Below the pieces are notes generated by a model. It was not told the origin of the DNA. It saw only the letters and a program-made list of their open reading frames with translations, and did no database searches. Shown here piece after piece: positions 55,216-64,000 of a stretch of DNA of 64,000 nucleotides; the first letter of the stretch is position 1; every line of letters starts with the position of its first letter. The DNA comes from Eledone cirrhosa (Eukaryota). The stretch spans positions 28,768,001 to 28,832,000 of the forward strand of contig OZ024756.1 of the NCBI GenBank assembly GCA_964016885.1, given 5' to 3'. The translations under genes and the position numbers were made by a program.

Positions 55216-56267
55216 CATACACACACATATATATATATATATAGAGAGAGAGAGAGTGTGTGTGTGTATATGTAACAGGTAAGATATGTGATGTCGTGAA
55301 AGAGGTTGCTTGAGAATATCCCCCTCCTGGGTCATCTAACGAGTTTTCCATGACGTAGTAAGGTAGACTTGTGCGCATATGTGTATGTAAGTGTGTGTAC
55401 TTGTGTGTGTACTTGTGTGTGTGTGGCTGTGTATGTGTGTATGTGTGTGTACTTGTGTGTGTATGTGTGTCTACTTATGTGTGTGGTTGTGTGTGTGGGT
55501 ACTTGTGCGTGTATGTGTGTGTACTTGTGTGTGTGGATGTGTGTGTGTGTGTATGCGTGTGTACTTGTGTGTGTGTGTGTACTTGTGAGTGTATGTGTAT
55601 GTACTTGTGTGTGTGGGTGTGTGTGTGGGTGTGTACTTGTGTGTGTATGTGTGTGTACTTGTGTGTGTGTGTGTACTTGTGTGTGTATGCGTGTGTACTT
55701 GTGTGTGTGTGTGTGTACTTGTGTGTGTATGTGTGTGTACTTGTGTGTGTGTGTGTGTGTACTTGTGTGTGTATGTGTGTGTACTTGTGTGTGTGGGTGT
55801 GTATGTGTGTGTACTTGTGTGTGTTGCTGTGTGTACGTGTGTGTACTTGTGTGTGTATGTGTGTGTACTTGTGTGCGTGGGTGTGTGTATGTGTGTGTAC
55901 TTGTGTGCGTGGGTGTGTGTATGTGTGTGTACTTGTGTGTGTTGTGGGTGTTTGACTGTGTGTGTGTATAAGAGTAAATGGCTGTATGTTTGCATTGGCG
56001 TGGGTGTCTGTCTGTGCACGTTTATGTACGCATGTGTGTGTGAGCATGTGTATATGTGTGTGTGTGAGCATGTGTGAGAGCATGTGTGTATGTGTGTGTG
56101 TGTGTGAGCATGTTTGTATGTGTATGTGTGTGTGTCGATGTATGCATGTATGTGTGTATGTGTATGTATGCATGTATGTGTGTATGTATGTATGTGTATG
56201 TGTGTGTGGGTGGGGGTGGGGTGGGGTGGGGTGGATGTATGCATATATGTGTAGGTATATATGTATT

Positions 56268-56301
<34 letters not shown>

Positions 56302-58140
56302 GATGTATGCATGTATGTGTATATATGTATTTCTGCGTGTGTGTCTGTGTCTGTGTATGTGTGCATGTATGTGTGTGTGTGTATATATGTATGTGTGTGT
56401 ATGTGTGTGTGTGTGTGTGCATATATGTGTGTGTGTGTGTGTGGATGTATGCATGTATGTGAATATATGTATTTGTGTGTGTATGTGTATGTGCGTATGT
56501 GTATGCGTGCATGTATCTATGTGTGTATATATGTATGTGCGTGTGTAGATGTATGCCAGTATGTGTGTATATGTGTGTGTATATGTGCGTGTGTATGTGT
56601 ACGTGTGGTTGTAAGCATGTTATATCATGTCCGAACTAATTGCACTGGACCTTATTTGGGTAGTGGCGTTGGGTGTCGGTGTAGTTGTGATTGGAGCCGG
56701 GGGTTCGAACTAATCCCCCACCCCCCTCAAGAACGATTGGGTTCCAACTTGTCTCTGTCGTGATTGATATTGATTTCTAACCCAGGGACGTAACACCACA
56801 CACCTTGGGTTGTTGGGTGATGGGATGTGGTGGGGAAGGGGGCTTATGTTCGATTATGCTAACCCTTTGATTTTTTTTCTTCTTCTTACAACCACGTAAA
56901 ATACGTACGTGTTTTAGTAAATTAATATTATTCAGTGAAATTCCGTTATAACGAAATTCATGGGGCATAAAAAAATTCGTTGTAACGAAAAATTCTTTAT
57001 AACGAGATCGACCTAACACATTAAACGTGTGGTCGGAGATTGAAAACAATTTCGTTATACTGAAAAATTCGTTATAATGGTATTCGTTTTAACGGAATTT
57101 CACCAGTATATCCCGCCGCGGTTAACTTCGCCTTTCATCCTTACGGGGTCAATAAAATAAAGTACCAGTAATGTACTGGGGAATTGCTGGCTTTGTGCCA
57201 AAAGTAGAAACAATTATTATTATTTGGTGGATTGGCAGAATCGGTAGAGGGTCGGACAACATGCTTTGCAGCATAGAGTTACGACCCTTTACGGTCTGAG
57301 TTCAAATCCCGCCGAGGTTAGCTTTGCGTTTCATCCTTATGGGGTCGATAAACTAAAGTACCAGTAACGTACTGGGTCGATTTAATCGACTTTCCCCCCA
57401 AAAAAAATTACTGGCCTTGTGCCTATATAAGAAACCATTATTATTATTAATCAAGGTTTCTGTTTTAGGCACAAGGCGAACAAGCTTGTGGGAGGGGAAA
57501 GTCAATTAAATCGGCCCCAATGCGTTACTGGTACCTTATTTTATCGACTTGTAAGGATGAAAGGCAACATTAGCTTTGTCGTAATTTGCAATATTCGGGT
57601 TAAAGTATAAATGTTTCATTTGATGCAGCCATGATGTTGATTTGTACTATCCAAGAATGCATTGCCAATACAGTTTCAGGCGGTTTGTAATTCAAATGTT
57701 TATAGTATCTCTATTAGTGGACAGATTATTGTCAAAATTTACACTATTAGGGTCAAAGGACAAATTTTTTATTTGATGTAGTCATCGTGTTGATTTGTAT
57801 ATTTAACCTTTTAGCATTTAAACCGGCTATATCCGGTCAGAATTCACTCACCTCTTTATGTTCAAACTGACCGTAACCAGCCGCTCATACTGACGTTAAG
57901 GTATTTTTCTCAAAATAAATAACATCAAAATCTCGTATATTCGATATTATGTAAGATAAAGCCTTTATCACAAAAATACCATAGTACATATAGATTTTAT
58001 AAAGGTTTTAAATAGGTTTTATGTGCTTCAGAACGTTAAGAGTTAGACACCGTTTTAGTAAATATTCAGAAGACAAGACTCCTGTTAATACTGTGAAATA
58101 TTCTCACGAAGTCCTATATTTTCATGTATTTATTTTACAG

Positions 58141-58185
58141 GCCAAAATTTTACCAGATGATGAACAGTTCTCGTTTGAATATAAG
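58141..58185 (+). CDS. Lipoxygenase 45-nt exon
   Basis: ttttacag|AKILPDDEQFSFEYK|gtaagg. LPxDxQF is a LOX motif; phase 0/0. Confidence 0.8.
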
Positions 58186-58889
58186 GTAAGGAGGATTCTC
58201 GTGTCTTTTACTCTATCGCCATCTTTACATATACAACCCATCATGGTTTGGGCACAAATCCAGTCCATAACAACACTCGCATTCTTAAACATGACATTGT
58301 AACCCTCCGTCGATTCCATCGGCGGTTCTTCTAATTGTAAGAAATAAACATACAAGTGGCAGAGTATTCTGCAGTCAGGTGTACCCCTCACGTAGCTCTT
58401 AGGGAGATTCAGCGTGCCACAGTGCATGACAAGACTAGCTAGCCTCTTTGAATTACAGGTAGAACTCATTTTTGCCAGCTGAATGGACTGGAGTAACGTG
58501 AAGGAAATGTCTTGCTCAAGGATACAACCTTCCACTGGTTTTCGAACTCACGTTTACGATCGGGAGCCTAACACCCTAACCACTAAACCATGCGCCATCA
58601 TATTCTGAGACATATATGTAGGAATATGAAACAGCGCATATAATTCCCTAGTGATATGGTACAGTATGGTCCGTAATTCCTGATGTAGTCGCAGGTTTGA
58701 GCCCAGAATTAACTCTTCCTTCACTTTCTCTACATTCAATGTATTATAAAGCTAAGTTAACGGCCCATAAAATTAATAGCTTTACACTAATTATAAACAT
58801 CATTAGGAAATTATGTCTGTCTACCATCAGAATAGCAGCCATTTATTGAACTAAATATTGAATTCCAAACATTAAATTAGCCATCAGAA

Positions 58890-59292
58890 AACCAACAGAG
58901 AATAAGTCTGAAAATTATTAACCATCTTGCCAACAACAACCCTGAGCACCTTTTTAAATTCCATGTGTCTAACACACGTGGGCAAGTCTACAAAGTCAGA
59001 AAACAGCACATCTCCCATGACTTTCAGAAACATTTTTTCACGCTTAGAGTTGCTGAAGCATGGAACAAACTATTTGCATCAGTTGTTAGCTGCCGAGACA
59101 CTGCATCCTTTAAAACCTCCATGCTTCCTGAAATTCACCAACACTACACCTGATATCCCCCTCCATATACACGTACACATGTATATCATGACTCATACAC
59201 TGTTCACTTTCCTGACATTTGTACGTTATTCTATGTGCTATACATACACCTTTGACGAGTTGTAGTACTGTACACAGTAATTTCATTATTAT
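58890..59292 (+). mobile_element. CR1-like LINE 3' fragment
   Basis: NTRGQVYKVRK...KHFFTLRVAEAWNKL...VV...FK, the C-terminal pattern of CR1 ORF2; ends in (ATT)n. Confidence 0.7.
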
Positions 59293-59669
59293 TCCTAAAA
59301 ATAAAATGGCGGTGGATTGGCAGTATCGGTAGAGGGTCGGACGCCATGCTTTGCAGCACAGTTATGTCCCTTTACGGACTGAGTTCAAATCCCGCCGAGG
59401 TTAACTTTGCCTTTCATCCTTACGGGGTCGATAAAATAAAGTACCAGTAATACACAGGGGTATTGCTGGCCTTGTGCCAAAAGTAGAAACAATTATTATT
59501 AATCCTAAATATTTTTTAATGCTAGTGTAATTACAGTAGCCAAGCATGATCCTTTTAATTACGCCGGCGCTAATTAGTAGGAAATTAACATATATGTATA
59601 ATTGTTATGTTGTTAACAGTAATTGAGAGTATCAGATAGCCTAGTTAAGGCAGGCACAGTTCTGTCAAT

Positions 59670-60490
59670 GTAACTCTGTCTAACTACTGTCTAACTATCG
59701 CTGTATTCATATCTCTGTCCCCCTATCTAATCACCTCTGTCTACCTGTCTACTTACATCTGTCCACCTCTTTATCTACCTCTGTCAAACTACTACTGTCT
59801 ACCTGTCTATCTACCTCTGTCTAACTACTACTGTCTACCTGTCTATCTACCTCTGTCTACCTACCTCTGTCCACCTCTCTATCTACCTCTGTCTAACTAC
59901 TACTGTCTACCTCTCTATCTACCTCTGTCTAACTACTACTGTCTACCTGTCTATCTACCTCTGTCTAACTACTACTGTCTACCTCTCTATCTACCTCTGT
60001 CTAACTACTACTGTCTACCTGTCTATCTACCTCTGTCTAACTACTACTGTCTACCTCTCTATCTACCTCTGTCTAACTACTACTGTCTACCTCTGTCTAA
60101 CTACTACTGTCTACCTCTCTATCTACCTCTGTCTAACTACTACTGTCTACCTGTCTATCTACCTCTGTCTAACTACTACTGTCTACCTCTCTATCTACCT
60201 CTGTCTAACTACTACTGTCTACCTGTCTATCTACCTCTGTCTAACTACTACTGTCTACCTCTCTATCTAACTCTGTCTAACTACTACTGTCTACCTGTCT
60301 ATCTACCTATGTCCACCTGTCTACCTCTCTATCTAACTCTGTCTAACTACTACTGTCTACCTGTCTATCTACCTCTGTCTAACTACTACTGTCTACCTCT
60401 CTATCTACCTATGTCCACCTGTCTACCTACCTCTGTTCCCCTGCTTATGTACCTCTGTCCACCTCTATCAGCTCTGACCACCTGTCTACG
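59670..60490. repeat. ~36-bp minisatellite
   Basis: Unit ctacctctgtctaactactactgtctacctgtctat. Confidence 0.9.
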
Positions 60491-60789
60491 TAGCAGTCTC
60501 CCTAGCATCACAGTGTAGAGACAACTAACCAGTGTACGTGGTGGGAGCACTATAAACACACTGGATGTTTCGTTAGCTTGTTGTTGTTTTTGTTGAGAAA
60601 CGATGAAAGAAATTCCACCTGTGATCATTATGTTCTTTCGGTGACATCTAGAACTACAAATATAATGTCCCTTAAAAGGAAGATTTGACAGATATTTCTA
60701 GCAGATCAAACGTCCATTTGGAGTCTCCTTATTTGGCTCCCAGTAAAAATTTAAATTTTTATTTGGCTACGTGAAAAAAAGAAAAAATT

Positions 60790-61123
60790 AAAGAGAAATT
60801 TGCATTAAAAATTTTCCTTAAAAGAAGAAAAAAAAAGAAAAAGAAATTTGCGTTAAAAATTTTCCTTAAAAGAAGAAAAAAAAAAGAAAAAGAAATTTGC
60901 GTTAAAAATTTTCCTTAAAAGAAGAAAAAAAAAGAAAAAGAAATTTGCGTTAAAAATTTTCCTTAAAAGAAGAAAAAAAAAGAAAAAGAAATTTGCGTTA
61001 AAAATTTTCCTTAAAAGAAGAAAAAAAAAAGAAAAAGAAATTTGCGTTAAAAATTTTCCTTAAAAGAAGAAAAAAAAAGAAAAAGAAATTTGCGTTAAAA
61101 ATTTTCTTTAAAAGAAGAAAAAA
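60790..61123. repeat. ~48-bp A-rich tandem repeat, ~7 copies
   Basis: Unit gaaatttgcgttaaaaattttccttaaaagaag(a)n gaaaaa. Confidence 0.9.
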
Positions 61124-62202
61124 TGTCCGTCTCACGTTTCTTTTTAAAACTAACATATAAACTCTTTGTGTTATTTTGTAAGTAATTATTATTGAAACAA
61201 CAATGGCACTGTGCGTATTTTTAATGAATGGCATAAACATGTTTGGGAATTTTCTCGAAGTATGCGTGGGTGAAAGCCTTTGGTAGTTATACAAAGTAGA
61301 TGTGGAAATATGTAAATCTAACTAGCAAAAATATGCTGTTTCTTATAATTTTGAGTTGTTTATTTTTCTTACTTAAAACTATACTATACTATACAGTACA
61401 GTACTATGTACATCAGAGTGTCAATGATCACGCCAGCAGATTACCAGACAAATGAATGTACCTTTACTCTATTGCTCGACCTACTAAACATATCAGCCAA
61501 TCTCCTTCAAATTACGTCATTCAATCATTCATTCATTCATTCATTTCATTACATTCCTTCATTAGAATTCGGCAGCTCTCACTAAGTTTACGGCCGGCGC
61601 TACCATTAAGGCCAACTAGGCAGCCGCATAAAGGCGCAGAACTCAGAGAGGAAAATTACTGAAACTTAAAGGATCACAGTTCGGTTTCTCATAACGGCCA
61701 ATGGCAACTTCTTTTTACGTCTTTAAGAGTCTTCACCCTATTGTGTGGGCTATTTTATAGCATCTTTGCGCATGAGCATACCATTCTTTATATTAAATGT
61801 ATAATCATTTCCGGCAAGCACTATAAATAAACCAGTAAACATCTTTGTCGCGTAGCAGTGTTGTGAAATAACAAAAGCAGTGAAGAGAGACGTATGGTGT
61901 TACGACCCGTGATATGATTTGGCATGGGTGAATGTGGATTGTGTAGTAGAAAATGCAGGCTTGGTAATTTTCGGAGTGTGATCAGGGTGAGACGTGTAGC
62001 AAAACAAGATTTGTCAGCTTCCAAAACTGCAAGTAAAAATTATTTTATTTGATAGAATAAGGCGCATAACTTAGAAAAAACAAGGTTCACATATTAGGCT
62101 TACCTTAGTATGCTAATATACTACATACACCAGGTACCGCTCTGAACTATGCAGCATACTATAGATCGTCATCTTAATTCATTTCTGTGCTGTCTAACTG
62201 TT

Positions 62203-62368
<166 letters not shown>

Positions 62369-62379
62369 ATACCTATCTC

Positions 62380-62468
<89 letters not shown>

Positions 62469-62590
62469 ATCTATCTATCTATATATATTCCATCTGTGAT
62501 AACATTTTACACGTTTTTATTGTATGTAAACTCCCCCCTTTGTATTTGTCCCCTTCTTTTGTGCCCCTGTGGCTAATAAAGAAATATATC

Positions 62591-62644
<54 letters not shown>

Positions 62645-62974
62645 CCAAAGAGATTGTTTTGGTAAAAACAGGAGTAAGCAGGAGAAAGCTCTCAACATTC
62701 GTAGTTTTTAGTTACGATTGAGATTTTATAAAAATAGCAAAAATAATAATGCTGATGCTACATAAATCGTTTAATCCTTATAATTATTTCCATGGTTCTT
62801 CATGCTATCGAGAAGTCCTTCATGCATTTATTGTTGTTATGAGAACGGTATCCTCAGATGAAATCTGATTTAGTGATATGCTGCCGTAGGAAAAAAACAC
62901 ACGTCCTTCTGCTTGTGTGCCCAGCAGACATAAACGATTTATGTAACATCAGCATTATTATTTTTGTTTTGTAT

Positions 62975-63049
<75 letters not shown>

Positions 63050-63123
63050 CGAAACCATAGTGATTTCCAGAGGTTGACTCAGGAGATTTGACTGACCGAA
63101 CCTCTGGAAATCACTACGGTTTC

Positions 63124-63225
<102 letters not shown>

Positions 63226-63269
63226 GTAAATATATCTACTCTTAGTCCGTTTCTCGATGATTGTTTCAG

Positions 63270-63401
63270 TGGAGTATTGTCCGACGTAAAGCCCAGTTGA
63301 TCGCCACCAGTAAACTAGTCAAGTTAAAGGAGGCCGGAGAATGGGCCAGCTTCGTTGACCTCTTCAAAGTCTATACCAGACATGTCTTCAGTAAACCAAT
63401 G
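63270..63401 (+). CDS. Lipoxygenase exon
   Basis: gtttcag|WSIVRRKAQLIATSKLVKLKEAGEWASFVDLFKVYTRHVFSKPM|gtaggt. WxSFxDL helix region of LOX; phase 0/0. Confidence 0.8.
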
Positions 63402-63823
63402 GTAGGTATTTACACAGTTTACTATAACTACGTTACTCTACCTAGTTGTCTCTCTTGATGTCTACCTAGTAGTCTCCCCTGATGTCTACCATTTTTATAC
63501 CAACCTATTTAACGGAGCTTATTTATTTACTGTAATAATATTACCAATTCGAAGTTATAAGCTTTATTTACAATTGTATAAATAACATTACAAATGAGGA
63601 AGGGGTAAAGAGGGGCAGATCTGGCTGTATGGGAAAGTAGAAGAAAGGACTATAAAAGCCATAAATGAGAAGAAAGGAGGGGGACAAACAAGGACTCTAG
63701 GGCCCACAGAAAAAAGGAGGGGGTGGGGTAGAGAGTGATGGGCTCCGGCCCTTATTTATTTATTGGCTTGCTCATTTACTTATTTATTTGTTTATTTATT
63801 CATTCATTTATTTATTTTTCCAG

Positions 63824-63921
63824 AGTGTTCAAAGTTGGAGAAATGATTTGAACTTCGGTCTTCAGAGGACCACTGGCTGTAATCCCAACTTCATTAAATT
63901 GTGTACAAAAATACCAGAAAA
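63824..63921 (+). CDS. Lipoxygenase catalytic-domain exon (gene continues beyond window)
   Basis: ttttccag|SVQSWRNDLNFGLQRTTGCNPNFIKLCTKIPE+AA|gtatgt. Canonical LOX W-x-x-D-x-x-FG-x-Q-x-x-x-G-x-NP motif. Confidence 0.88.
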
Positions 63922-64000
63922 GTATGTATGAGGTCATTTTTCCTTTCCAAATATCTTTTTCAGAGAAGAAAACGTAGTGGTGTGAATTTTTCGTTTCGCA

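Overview
This is AT-rich, microsatellite-saturated animal genomic DNA. The SINE, LINE and microsatellite make-up looks like an octopod cephalopod (inference). It carries two spliced protein-coding genes on the + strand. The first is the last six exons of a TDRD9/spindle-E piRNA helicase (1..8581), ending in a C-terminal zinc finger. The second is the first four coding exons of a PLAT-domain lipoxygenase (32337..63921, continuing past the window) with a 25.3-kb intron after the first coding exon. All exon phases join in frame at GT/AG sites. The rest is repeat-derived: tRNA-head SINEs of at least two families, RTE and CR1 LINE 3' ends, a 5'-truncated restriction-like-endonuclease (R4/Dong-like) retrotransposon, Tc1/mariner-type MITEs, a probable Helitron end and many mini- and microsatellites. 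Nearly all ORF-track entries are repeat artefacts. The most notable hidden signals are: (a) several minimal type-I hammerhead ribozyme motifs of different sequence families, typical of Penelope-like element termini, plus a six-copy fold-back family made of two inverted hammerhead 3' halves, all in or near (TA)n tracts; (b) a nest of (ATGT)n-associated retroelements, some carrying C2H2 zinc fingers; (c) satellites built from SINE Pol III promoter heads. Homology calls come from remembered motifs, not database searches.
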